Below are positions 19,995-29,264 of a stretch of DNA of 64,000 nucleotides, one piece after another; the first letter of the stretch is position 1, and every line of letters starts with the position of its first letter. The notes beneath the pieces are model-generated. The model was not told the DNA's origin. It did no database searches and saw nothing but the letters and a program-made list of their open reading frames with translations. Position numbers and translations under genes: made by a program. The stretch is from Vampirovibrio chlorellavorus. Lineage in GTDB: Bacteria > Cyanobacteriota > Vampirovibrionia > Vampirovibrionales > Vampirovibrionaceae. Location: assembly GCA_903866275.1 (NCBI GenBank), contig CAIPMU010000012.1:6452-70451 (forward strand), read 5' to 3'.

Positions 19995-21254
19995 ATGAGA
20001 GAGACCAATTCAGAAGAGACTGCAGCGTCAACTGCCATAGCCAGAGCTGCCGAATCCGGTTTTAAAGTGACCGCACTTTTATGCTGGCTGGGTTGGATTT
20101 TTGACTTCTACGATCTCATCCTGATCGCCTTCTTAATTCCGACTATTGAGCATTCCTTGCAGATGAGCCCTGAGCAGAGTGCGTGGTTACTGGGGATTGG
20201 TCTGGGTGCTTCTGGCGTGGGTGGTTTATTATTTGGCTGGCTGGCCGATTTGTACGGTCGCAAGTCCATTCTGACCTTGACCGTGATTCTGTTTTCTTTG
20301 GGGATGCTGGCCAGCGGTTTTGTGGAAACGCCTTTGCAGTTTTTTGTGGCCCGGTTTATCACGGGCCTGGGTTTGGGTGGGGAATGGGCCGTGGGCCACG
20401 CGCTCATCGCAGAATCTGTCCCTGCCGTTAAACGCGCCCGCTGGAGCGCGTTCCTGCAAAGCGGTGAACCGGTGGGTGTGGCTTTGGCAGCGGTGATGGG
20501 TTTTCTCGTGGCCCCCACCATTGGCTGGCGTAGCGTGTTTATTGTGTCTGCGTTCAGTGGGTTGCTGGCCTTGTTTTTCCGGCGCTTTATGCAGGAATCG
20601 CCGTTGTGGCTGAAAAGTCCAAAGCTGAACTCTGCCCAGCGGGTGCAGGCGTTGCGGCCTTTCTTAGGGCAGTATTGGCCATTGATGGTGTTGGCGCTGG
20701 TGCTGGCCATCTTTAAACTGGGCACCTACTGGACTTGTTATACCTGGTTGCCCCGTTTTATTCTGCAATCCTTCGGGGTGGCCATGCTGAAATCTACCCT
20801 GTGGATTTTGCTGGGTCAGGTGGGCCAGTTTTTGGGCATGGCTACTTTCGGTCTGATCGCCGATCGGGCTGGTCGCCGCTGGGCGTTTACCCTTTTCTCG
20901 CTGATTACGGCTGGGGCCTTGCTGCCTTTGGCCCTGGGCTGGAATGCGCTCTTTCATCATTATCAGGCCCTCTTTTGGACGCTGATTTTTGTGTTGGGGT
21001 TTGGTTCAGGCTGTACGGCGGGTTTTGGGGCCCTGCTGGCGGAAATTTTTCCAACGGCTCAGCGCACCGTGGCGATGGGTACGGTGTACAATACCGCTCG
21101 GGGCGTACAGATGTTTGCCCCCGTGGTGATGTTCTGGGCTGTAGGACGTGGTGGCATTGAAGGCGCCCTGATGGTGCCCACAGTGCTTGCCCTGTTGACT
21201 GCGGCCTGGGTTTGGAGTCTCCCGGAGCGGCGCGGCGAGCCTTTGGTGGAGTGA
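19995..21254 (+). CDS. MFS transporter (possibly lysophospholipid transporter LplT-like)
   Basis: About 12 predicted TM segments and an MFS loop motif GWLADLYGRKS. The start is uncertain; the ORF-track start is 19917. Adjacency to an LPLAT gene resembles the aas-lplT pairing. Confidence 0.65.
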   Translation: MRETNSEETAASTAIARAAESGFKVTALLCWLGWIFDFYDLILIAFLIPTIEHSLQMSPEQSAWLLGIGLGASGVGGLLFGWLADLYGRKSILTLTVILFSLGMLASGFVETPLQFFVARFITGLGLGGEWAVGHALIAESVPAVKRARWSAFLQSGEPVGVALAAVMGFLVAPTIGWRSVFIVSAFSGLLALFFRRFMQESPLWLKSPKLNSAQRVQALRPFLGQYWPLMVLALVLAIFKLGTYWTCYTWLPRFILQSFGVAMLKSTLWILLGQVGQFLGMATFGLIADRAGRRWAFTLFSLITAGALLPLALGWNALFHHYQALFWTLIFVLGFGSGCTAGFGALLAEIFPTAQRTVAMGTVYNTARGVQMFAPVVMFWAVGRGGIEGALMVPTVLALLTAAWVWSLPERRGEPLVE

Positions 21255-21401
21255 TCGGTTTTTAAACGGTTTGGTTTGTGTTCCAGTTCTCAAAATCGAT
21301 AGTTGAATGGCGTGGCTTGGGCATCCCCCTCTACTGTGACAAAAGGCGTATAATAGAAAGATTGGTCACTGGCATAGAGTCGCCCTTTAGGTAAGTTTTG
21401 T

Positions 21402-22787
21402 TTGAACGATCCACAATCAAAGCAGAGTGAGGCAAGGGCATCCGGAGAGGAGGCGGCATCCGGGCGTGGTTATACGTCCCTGAAAGCTTTTGTGGTTAGT
21501 GATGTACATCTGAATAATCATCCCTATGATCGACACAAGGAAACGGAAAATCCCCGGCGGCAAAATTTTCGGGAGTTTTTGACCCGCATTAATCAGGAAA
21601 TGGCGCCGCAGGAAAAAGTTTTAATCATTTTAAACGGGGATATTCTGGATATTACCGGCTCGTGGTTTGAGCCCATTATGCCGTGGAACAAAAATGAAGC
21701 CGTGGTAGAAACCATTCTGGAAAAACTGCTGCATGATATTGTCGATAATAATCTGGCCACCTTTCAGGAGTTACGCCGTTTTTTGCAGCATCCTCACGCG
21801 GAAATTATTTATATTTTTGGGAATCATGATGGCCTGTTGCAGGAGTTTCCAGCATCCCAATCAATATTGCGAGATTTTTTATGCGCCTCGCCCTCATCCG
21901 ATTTAAACATCCCCGAATCGGATTCTCCGATTCAGCTGGATGAATCAATAAGTGCCCGTCTCCGCTTTGAGCCTTTTTATGTCTCAAAAGAGCTGGATTT
22001 ATACATTGAGCATGGGCATTTGCTTGACCCCTTTAATCACTCCCAGAGTGATCAACCGCCGTTGGGCGATGTGATTAATATTTTAGTGGTCAATCGCTTT
22101 GTGGAATTGACGGTGTCCCGCTTGCGCTCGCAGGGCTACTCCGAGGAATTTATCAGCCGGATGCATGCACAATTACATGATATAGAATACTTGCGGCCGC
22201 TGGCACTGGTGCCGGTCTGGATTGAAACCATTGCTCGCCAGCACGACCGTCACCCGGAAAATATTGGTAAGCAGCGCTCGATTCGGGATATTCTGATTTC
22301 GGTGGTGGCTAAAACCCTGCAAAACCCTCAGATGACCCGCTACTTGATCCACCAGTTGCGGTTGCCCAGGCCGATCTTGTATTTCATGATCAAACTGACC
22401 ATGCGGTTGCCAGCCACTCTGCCTTTACTGTCTTTTATTACTTCCAGGCTGGTTCGTCGCACCCATTCCAACAAGTATCAGTACAAGGCTGCACAAAAGA
22501 TTTACAAGGAGCATGGGGCTCGCCTGATTGCCTTTGGACACACGCATATTCCTGCCGTGCAACCCCTCAGCGAAAATGCCTACTATTTTAATACCGGCAG
22601 CTGGAAGCCGGTGATTAATATCTTCAAGTATTCCAAGGAAGATTTAGTCGAGCTGGAATATCTCAACCCGGATGTGCAGTTCAACAAGGTGGAACGTTCC
22701 GGGATTTTAAAGCTGGAAAAACATGACGTGACCAGCCATCATCCTGCTGAATTTTCCTTGCAGACCATTCAGAGTGGCTTGAGCTAA
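21402..22787 (+). CDS. Calcineurin-like metallophosphoesterase with large insertion (LpxH-like motif pattern)
   Basis: MPP motifs in order: SDVHL, NGDILDITGSW, GNHDG, EHGH, FGHTHIP. About 170 aa are inserted between motifs IV and V; 461 aa. Confidence 0.6.
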   Translation: MNDPQSKQSEARASGEEAASGRGYTSLKAFVVSDVHLNNHPYDRHKETENPRRQNFREFLTRINQEMAPQEKVLIILNGDILDITGSWFEPIMPWNKNEAVVETILEKLLHDIVDNNLATFQELRRFLQHPHAEIIYIFGNHDGLLQEFPASQSILRDFLCASPSSDLNIPESDSPIQLDESISARLRFEPFYVSKELDLYIEHGHLLDPFNHSQSDQPPLGDVINILVVNRFVELTVSRLRSQGYSEEFISRMHAQLHDIEYLRPLALVPVWIETIARQHDRHPENIGKQRSIRDILISVVAKTLQNPQMTRYLIHQLRLPRPILYFMIKLTMRLPATLPLLSFITSRLVRRTHSNKYQYKAAQKIYKEHGARLIAFGHTHIPAVQPLSENAYYFNTGSWKPVINIFKYSKEDLVELEYLNPDVQFNKVERSGILKLEKHDVTSHHPAEFSLQTIQSGLS

Positions 22788-22826
22788 TGAGAAAAAATCA
22801 GGTTGGGTCAACCGGACTGCGTTGAA

Positions 22827-24293
22827 TTAAACCAGACTCAGTTCGGCTGGCGTGAGATTGCACAGGCCTGTGGCTTGTTCAAAGGCGTGCGCCACCCGGA
22901 AGAGGGTTTCTTCCGAGCGATGGGGACCCATGAGCTGCAAGCCGATGGGTAACTTCAGGTCATCAAAGCCGCAGGGGATGTTGATGGCTGGAATGCCCAC
23001 CAGATTCACCGGAATTGTGGCAATATCGGAGAGGTACATGCTCACGGGATCGTTGGTTTTTTCGCCGATTTTAAAGGCCGTGGTTGGCGAGGTGGGGCAA
23101 ACCAGCACGTCCACGTGCGCCCAGACCTTATCAAATTCGTGCTTTAGCAGTTGACGGATTTTTTGAGCCTTGCCGTAGTAAGCATCGTAATACCCCGAAC
23201 TCAAGGCAAAGGTGCCCAATACAATCCGGCGTTTGACTTCGGGGCCAAAACCCTGAGCCCGCGTTTTACAGTAGGTGTTGTAAATGTCTTCGCCTTCTTC
23301 GCGCAAGCCATAGCGCACGCCGTCAAAGCGGGCCAGATTGGAGCTGGCTTCAGCGGTGGCGATGATGTAGTAGGAGGCCACGGCATATTTGATGCTGGGG
23401 ATGGAGAAGGTCTGAATCTCTGCACCCAGTTTCCGGAAGGTGTCCAGAGAGGCCTGAAACGCGGCAGCTACTTCCGGCTGCATGCCTTCGCCGTTCAGTT
23501 CGCTGATGACGCCCACGCGCAGCTTGCTGACGGGTTGGTCAATGGTTTGCAGGTAGTTGGGCACGTCGCCTTGCAAGGAGGAAGAGTCACGGGTGTCAAA
23601 GCCTGCCAGTATTTGCAGGAGCGCGGCGGTGTCTTTGACGTTGCGGGCGAAGGGACTGATCTGATCCAGACTGCTGGCAAAGGCGACCAGACCATAGCGG
23701 GACACCAGACCGTAGGTCGGCTTGAGGCCTACCAGTCCACATAAGGAGGCGGGTTGACGCACACTGCCGCCGGTATCAGATCCCAGTGAGAGCAAAGTTT
23801 GGCTGGAAGCCACTGCAGCCGCAGAGCCACCGGAGCTGCCGCCAGGCACCCGATCCAGATCCCATGGGTTGCGGGTGATTCGGGTGGCGCTGTTTTCTGT
23901 GGAGCTGCCCATGGCAAACTCGTCCAGGTTGGTTTTGCCCACGATGGGCATTAAATGGGCTTTCACCTTGAGGGTGGCCGTTGCATCGTAAGGCGAGACA
24001 TAACCGTGCAGGATTTTACTGCTGCACGTGGTCGGATAGCCTTTGACGTTGATGTTGTCCTTCACGGCCAGGGGCACGCCAGCCAGAATGGGCAGGGTCT
24101 CTCCGGCTTTCACTTTTTGATCAACCGCCTGGGCGGTTTCAAAGGCCAGATCTCGGGACAGGGAGTTGAAAGCGCCAACTTTGCCATCCAAAGCATCAAT
24201 TCTGCGATACGTTTCTTCTAAAACTGCTACGGCGCTGCGTTCGCCGGACTGGATTTTCTGGTGAAGGCTTAGTGCGCTGAGGTTTTCGGTCAT
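22827..24293 (-). CDS. gatA: Glutamyl-tRNA(Gln) amidotransferase subunit A
   Basis: Amidase signature GGSSGGSAAAVA...GSDTGGSVRQPA; 488 aa. Confidence 0.9.
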   Translation of the reverse strand: MTENLSALSLHQKIQSGERSAVAVLEETYRRIDALDGKVGAFNSLSRDLAFETAQAVDQKVKAGETLPILAGVPLAVKDNINVKGYPTTCSSKILHGYVSPYDATATLKVKAHLMPIVGKTNLDEFAMGSSTENSATRITRNPWDLDRVPGGSSGGSAAAVASSQTLLSLGSDTGGSVRQPASLCGLVGLKPTYGLVSRYGLVAFASSLDQISPFARNVKDTAALLQILAGFDTRDSSSLQGDVPNYLQTIDQPVSKLRVGVISELNGEGMQPEVAAAFQASLDTFRKLGAEIQTFSIPSIKYAVASYYIIATAEASSNLARFDGVRYGLREEGEDIYNTYCKTRAQGFGPEVKRRIVLGTFALSSGYYDAYYGKAQKIRQLLKHEFDKVWAHVDVLVCPTSPTTAFKIGEKTNDPVSMYLSDIATIPVNLVGIPAINIPCGFDDLKLPIGLQLMGPHRSEETLFRVAHAFEQATGLCNLTPAELSLV

Positions 24294-24523
24294 GGCGGTC
24301 GTGTCCCATCAATGATCTTTAGGCCAATATCTCTGAATTCTATCCTAAACCCGAGTCTAGCGCCAAGCCTCGTCGCCCTCAGTCATGCCAGTGAAATCAG
24401 TATTTGTTTGAAAGGACAGGTTTCGCGGGCAATTTTGGGGAGTTGCCTGTGTTAGTATAGCAAGCTGTTGAACGGTCATCATTCATGACTTTCTGACATC
24501 CAGACCTTAACAGGATTTGCTTT

Positions 24524-24985
24524 ATGCGACTGAATAATCCGCCAATACAGACGTTTCCCAATGCGGTTCCTTACAGCCGTTCTGCTCAAGGCAATCAACC
24601 CCCGGATCAGAACATGTTTTTACAGAGTAATCAGTCTCAGGCAGCACCAGCGCAAACCGTAGACATTCCTGGTGCGGACCTTCAGCTCTTTCTGGATGCA
24701 TTGGCCGGGTTGCAGCGTTCTGTCCACGCTCAACCTCGTCAGGTGAACACGCCTTCAGCATTCGAGCCCAATCCGCGCTTTCCCTGGCGGCGACCCAGTC
24801 GACATGAGCAATATGCCGATATTTTGACTTCGCCACGGACGGATGATGAGGTTAGCGATTCCAATCCCAATGTGAAGCAACGCGCCGATGTTCGAAAGCG
24901 TGTGACCAATCGTCGTTATTTACTCAATCGTCAAAAACGGTTGCAGGCCAAGCATAAAGCCCAAAAAACCAATTTTCTGGCCTGA
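24524..24985 (+). CDS. Hypothetical Q/P/S-rich protein with basic C-terminal tail
   Basis: Low-complexity N-terminal two-thirds; C-terminus RKRVTNRRYLLNRQKRLQAKHKAQK. Confidence 0.4.
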   Translation: MRLNNPPIQTFPNAVPYSRSAQGNQPPDQNMFLQSNQSQAAPAQTVDIPGADLQLFLDALAGLQRSVHAQPRQVNTPSAFEPNPRFPWRRPSRHEQYADILTSPRTDDEVSDSNPNVKQRADVRKRVTNRRYLLNRQKRLQAKHKAQKTNFLA

Positions 24986-25002
24986 AAGCACAGTTCATCA
25001 AT

Positions 25003-25036
25003 CTCGGACTTTTTTGAAGCTCGGACTTTTTTGAAG
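25003..25036. repeat. Perfect tandem duplication of the 17-mer CTCGGACTTTTTTGAAG
   Basis: Copies at 25003-25019 and 25020-25036, 18 nt after the stop of the 24524..24985 ORF. Confidence 0.9.
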
Positions 25037-25167
25037 AATTTCATATTTTGCAGCTTTCAACTGACTATTCATCTTGAAAAATTAACCCGTTGGTTTCTCT
25101 CTTTTAAATTTCGGAAAATTCCCTTGCCTATCGCTTTCACCATCAAAAAAATCAAGGATTTAATCTG

Positions 25168-25839
25168 ATGAGATACTATCTGAAACCCATCTTTAGCCAG
25201 AATCCGGCATCTGCTGTGCGTCAAACTGCTGCAGTATCTCAGCCGGCTCAACTGGAACCGATTGAAGCGTTGCTAAACTCACTTCCGGTCGATTCTTTTA
25301 CTGCGTTGCAAAATGATTCTACTGGGCTGCCGTACATTTTTAGCGATGCGTTACCTCAATTTCAGGACTGGTTTCGGGCAGAAGCGAGGCCGCAGTCCGC
25401 ACCGGCGGCTCAGCCTGCTTCAGTCCAAACGCCAGGAGTTGGCACGTCTGTATCGCATGGGCACATGAATCAAAGTCATCTGGTGCCTGAGATTTTTGAG
25501 GATGCCCGTCCCGAAATCCGGAATTGGTTTATTGAAATGGATCAGGACAACGTGAAGGCTGAGCCCGCCAGGGATGCACAGGCTGGGAATTTAGGAACCT
25601 CTCGCTCATCATTGGGTGTGGCTCCTTCCAGGGTGATTACAACCTATGACAAGCCAAGGGGAGCGGGTCAAGATGCTGATCATGTAGATTTCTTTTCTTC
25701 AGATTTGTTTAGCCGCACTCAGGGTCAGGGGAATACGACGATAACCTCTGGCAATTTGCCTGGGAGTGCTTTTCATGCGGGAGGGGCTTTAGATGAACAT
25801 CGTAGACATGACCAGCATACGCATGGACGGCTCTATTAG
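25168..25839 (+). CDS. Hypothetical Q/P/A-rich, probably disordered protein
   Basis: 223 aa. The start context resembles that of the 24524 ORF (AGGATTT...ATG.GA.T), suggesting distant paralogy. Confidence 0.4.
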   Translation: MRYYLKPIFSQNPASAVRQTAAVSQPAQLEPIEALLNSLPVDSFTALQNDSTGLPYIFSDALPQFQDWFRAEARPQSAPAAQPASVQTPGVGTSVSHGHMNQSHLVPEIFEDARPEIRNWFIEMDQDNVKAEPARDAQAGNLGTSRSSLGVAPSRVITTYDKPRGAGQDADHVDFFSSDLFSRTQGQGNTTITSGNLPGSAFHAGGALDEHRRHDQHTHGRLY

Positions 25840-25994
25840 AGCAGGCATTTTTTTAAACCGCTCATGATCAACGGGATTATATAATTTTTATATAAGTTTT
25901 GTTAATAATTCGTTGAAAAGTAACAACTTTTTACCGGAATTTGTTTTTTAACATGTAGAGTCTCTGTTTTCAGTTACACAGGGGGTACCGGTTT

Positions 25995-26237
25995 ATGGCA
26001 AGCCCGCAGCTGTATCTCACATTGGCCAGCAACTTCTTTAAGCGGAATAATCCGATTGAGACGATTGCCATGAGTGTGATGACGGGATTGTACAACCTGA
26101 TTACCTACCAAAGCCGCATGAAACTGCTTAAGTACCGCTTCATGCTGGAAATGCAGAAGCTGGAACGTATTGAGAACACCCTGAACGGGTTTAATCCCTA
26201 CGAACATCAGGGAAACCGGATGAATCGGCATTACTAG
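25995..26237 (+). CDS. Hypothetical 80-aa protein
   Basis: Shares a LASNFF motif with the following ORF (LASLTNGFF) and lies 45 nt upstream of it. Confidence 0.35.
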   Translation: MASPQLYLTLASNFFKRNNPIETIAMSVMTGLYNLITYQSRMKLLKYRFMLEMQKLERIENTLNGFNPYEHQGNRMNRHY

Positions 26238-26282
26238 TCAATCGGGTAGCCTCAGGGCACCCAGTAACCAGAAAGGTCAGTC

Positions 26283-26618
26283 ATGGGCTTCGCGGCAAAT
26301 CAAGCCAGATTAACGGCAATGGTCTCGCGGAAAAGCGATTTGGAACTGGAGGCCCAGTTCCTGGAGCAGCATAAGCTGTTTCTGGCCAGTCTGACCAATG
26401 GGTTTTTTAACGTACAGGCCAAGCTGGAACCGGATTCTCCGGCGGCAAAATTGCTGGAAGCCCGTATCAAGCAGCTGGAACAGGCCGACAAGATTCTGGA
26501 CATGCACCTGCGTCGGGTCACCAGTCAGCAGGAAGCCGTGAGTAAAGAGCTGGAAAGCACTTCCAAGCTGGTTCAAAAGAACATTCAGAGTTCCTTTGGA
26601 TTGATGGGCGGCAGCTAA
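26283..26618 (+). CDS. Hypothetical 111-aa coiled-coil protein
   Basis: Heptad-like L/E/Q/K-rich sequence with no recognised motif. Confidence 0.4.
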   Translation: MGFAANQARLTAMVSRKSDLELEAQFLEQHKLFLASLTNGFFNVQAKLEPDSPAAKLLEARIKQLEQADKILDMHLRRVTSQQEAVSKELESTSKLVQKNIQSSFGLMGGS

Positions 26619-26737
26619 GGCATACTTTCCTCCCGATTTGGGCCTCCCCATCCTCTCGCTATAATGGGAGGATATGATGGCGGTTTCGGTCACGTTTGTC
26701 GGATGACTGGAATCCCCCGGAGAAGGAAGTCTGACTC

Positions 26738-27751
26738 ATGCCTGCTGCGAAATATTCTCTGAAGCAATCGCTGGAAAAGAACCGGTTTAAAAGCGCCTTG
26801 CGCCAGATTGCCGGGACGATCTGGACCGAAAAAGGCGAGCAAAACTGTGATTATCGGCTGGATGGCAAGTTGGGCGGGGGCTGGTTGCGCGCCAAGCAGT
26901 TCAGCAATGGCACCCTCTATCTGGAAGCCAGTACAGATGACCTGCTGAGTCAGATGACCGCGTTGCTCAGTGCAAGTCCGGTCAGTCGGTCTAACCCGGC
27001 GACAGCAACCGGTGTATCGGCGAAATCGTCAACCGGTTCCGTTGGAAATAGCGCTGGGCCTGCTGCTTCTGCGCACGGAAAAACGTCTGGTCTGTTGGAC
27101 GTGCAAGGGACCTATATCGGCACCGATGAATCCGGAAAGGGCGATTATTTTGGTCCTCTGGTGGTGGCCGGGGTGCTGGTCACGGACGAGACTGCCGCCG
27201 TGCTGACTGGACTGGGTGTGATGGATAGTAAAAAGCTGACCGATGCCAAAATCGGTGCGCTGTATGCCCAGATTGTGCAAGTTGTGGGTGAGTCCGCTAT
27301 CAGCGTGATTGCGCTGGAGCCCACCCGTTATAACGCCCTTTATCAGGACTTTAAGCGCAACGGTAAAAATCTGAACCATCTGCTGGCCTGGGGGCATGCC
27401 ACGGTGATTGAAAATTTGCTCACCTTACACCCGGATTGCCAGCAAGCCATCGCCGATCAGTTTGGGGATGAGCGCTACATTCTGTCTCAATTGCAGGAAA
27501 AAGGGCAGGGGATTCGACTCCATCAAACCCATCGTGCGGAAGCCAATGTGGGTGTGGCGGCGGCCAGTATTGTGGCCCGATATGAATTTACCCGGCGCAT
27601 AAAGGCCTTGTCGAATCGCTTTGGCATTGCTTTGTCATTGGGCGCTGGACCGGCCGTTAAAGTGGCTGCCCGTTCAGTGGTATCTCAGCACGGACGGCCT
27701 GCACTGGCGGACGTCGCCAAGCTCCATTTCAAAACCACCGATGAGTTGTAA
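26738..27751 (+). CDS. rnhC: Ribonuclease HIII
   Basis: GTDESGKGDYFGPLVVAGVLV catalytic motif of the RNase HII/HIII fold, preceded by about 120 aa of N-terminal TBP-like domain and a Ser/Ala/Gly linker. This architecture is typical of HIII. GGAGAAGGAAG SD. Confidence 0.8.
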   Translation: MPAAKYSLKQSLEKNRFKSALRQIAGTIWTEKGEQNCDYRLDGKLGGGWLRAKQFSNGTLYLEASTDDLLSQMTALLSASPVSRSNPATATGVSAKSSTGSVGNSAGPAASAHGKTSGLLDVQGTYIGTDESGKGDYFGPLVVAGVLVTDETAAVLTGLGVMDSKKLTDAKIGALYAQIVQVVGESAISVIALEPTRYNALYQDFKRNGKNLNHLLAWGHATVIENLLTLHPDCQQAIADQFGDERYILSQLQEKGQGIRLHQTHRAEANVGVAAASIVARYEFTRRIKALSNRFGIALSLGAGPAVKVAARSVVSQHGRPALADVAKLHFKTTDEL

Positions 27752-27850
27752 GGCGAGCCTGTCAGGGTCAATTTTCTCAGTTTTTTGAGTTACTTTTTCC
27801 CGGTTATTGTCCCCCGGTGAATCTCTCTCGGTGTGGGGATGCCGGTTGGT

Positions 27851-29125
27851 TTATGGCTTGAGGGGGCTTGTGGGTGTTTTTATGCGGGGTTTTGGGGATG
27901 ACTTGCCCATCGCTGGCGTCACTGGCGGGGCAAAAGGCGGGATGTTTCCATTGGGTGTGCTTGCGGGCAATGTGGTGAATGTTGCGTCAGTGGTGCTGGC
28001 AGGCAGTTGGGTGGTGGCGTTGAAAAGTTCTCCGGGCACAAAAAAGGTGATTCGGCTGCGGGGATTAAAGCCCAGTGCGAATTCAGCCTGCGTTTGATAT
28101 TCCGAACCGTCCGGCGTTTTAACCGAAGTAAGCCGAACGGTATAGCTTCGGCTGGCGGGAACGGCAGCGGTTACCTGCCCTTCAAAATGGCTCTCCTTGG
28201 GGAGAGGGCCGATGGCGTTCACCAGGTTGAAGCTGACCGATTGTCCAACCGTCAACTGGGCTTCCAGAATGGCCGTGGAGGGTGACAAAACCAGCGGGAG
28301 GCCAGGAGGTACCATTGGTATCGATGTTTCCAGCTCCGATTTCAACGGGGACCGGCGCTGAATCAGGTGAATCAGGTAAGTCACCAGCGGAGTGGCGTCC
28401 TTGTAGGTCAATAAGGCATGGGGGCGCAATTCAGTCTGCGGTACAGGCTCCCGAAAAAAATGGACTCTGGCCATTTTGCTCACCGATTGGGCCTCTTGTG
28501 GGCTGAGCTGATCCCGATCGGTAAACCCTTGCAACAAATGCGGTAGCATTTCGGCGGGTGGGACGGGTCCGGTAATGGCGTGGGCCAATGATTCATAGGC
28601 CTCGGCAAAGGTGATAGGCCGATCGGGATAGTAAAATCCGTGATCGGCTTCAAATGTCAGCAGTTTTTTCTCGCGGGCCACCTCGATGGGTACGTAGCCG
28701 GGATGCGTCAGTGGGACATCCCGGTACACCGGAAATTCACCAACCAGTTGCGTGTTGTGATGAATGGCGGCCACCAGTACCGCAGCCCATTCAGCGCGCG
28801 TGACGGGTTGCGTGCGCTCATTGGCATCGGGTGGAAATATTTTGTTGTTGACGAGCAGTTGCAGGGGTGAAAATGGAACCAGCGTGGCGCTCACGGGCAG
28901 TGGTGTGGCCGGGGTCTGCATAAAATTGGGCTTGGCCTGAGCGGCGGGTGGTATATTTTCCTGCGAGGGCTTGTGATGATGAAAAAATGGAAAGGCTTGC
29001 ACGGGGGCAACGCCCAGCCAAAGGGCCAGACTCAATGGCAGCCAGCGAGGCCTCCGGCCATTTCGCCCACAATTAAATCCAAAATTAAACTGGTAGAATC
29101 CACGAATTGTTTGCATCGGAAGCAT
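27851..29125 (-). CDS. Secreted protein with an S-layer-homology (SLH)-like domain
   Basis: Signal peptide (WLPLSLALWLGVAPVQA). SLH-like segment FPVYRDVPLTHPGYVPIEVAREKKLLTFEADHGFYYPDRPITFAEAYESLAHAI. Confidence 0.55.
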   Translation of the reverse strand: MLPMQTIRGFYQFNFGFNCGRNGRRPRWLPLSLALWLGVAPVQAFPFFHHHKPSQENIPPAAQAKPNFMQTPATPLPVSATLVPFSPLQLLVNNKIFPPDANERTQPVTRAEWAAVLVAAIHHNTQLVGEFPVYRDVPLTHPGYVPIEVAREKKLLTFEADHGFYYPDRPITFAEAYESLAHAITGPVPPAEMLPHLLQGFTDRDQLSPQEAQSVSKMARVHFFREPVPQTELRPHALLTYKDATPLVTYLIHLIQRRSPLKSELETSIPMVPPGLPLVLSPSTAILEAQLTVGQSVSFNLVNAIGPLPKESHFEGQVTAAVPASRSYTVRLTSVKTPDGSEYQTQAEFALGFNPRSRITFFVPGELFNATTQLPASTTDATFTTLPASTPNGNIPPFAPPVTPAMGKSSPKPRIKTPTSPLKP

Positions 29126-29264
29126 TGACCTCGGGTTTCAGTCTGTAAAATTTCAGGACAAAAGTCAAGCGTTGCAGACGGCAGGAATCGCTGGCGCAAG
29201 ATTCGGGTCACGCCGCATAAATCACTGTACAATGGGAACATAGTCGATGCCCGTTGTGTGAGTC

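Noticed and set aside
20108-20725. 205-aa antisense ORF within the MFS transporter gene
   Set aside because: It is a shadow ORF; the sense strand encodes a coherent 12-TM protein.
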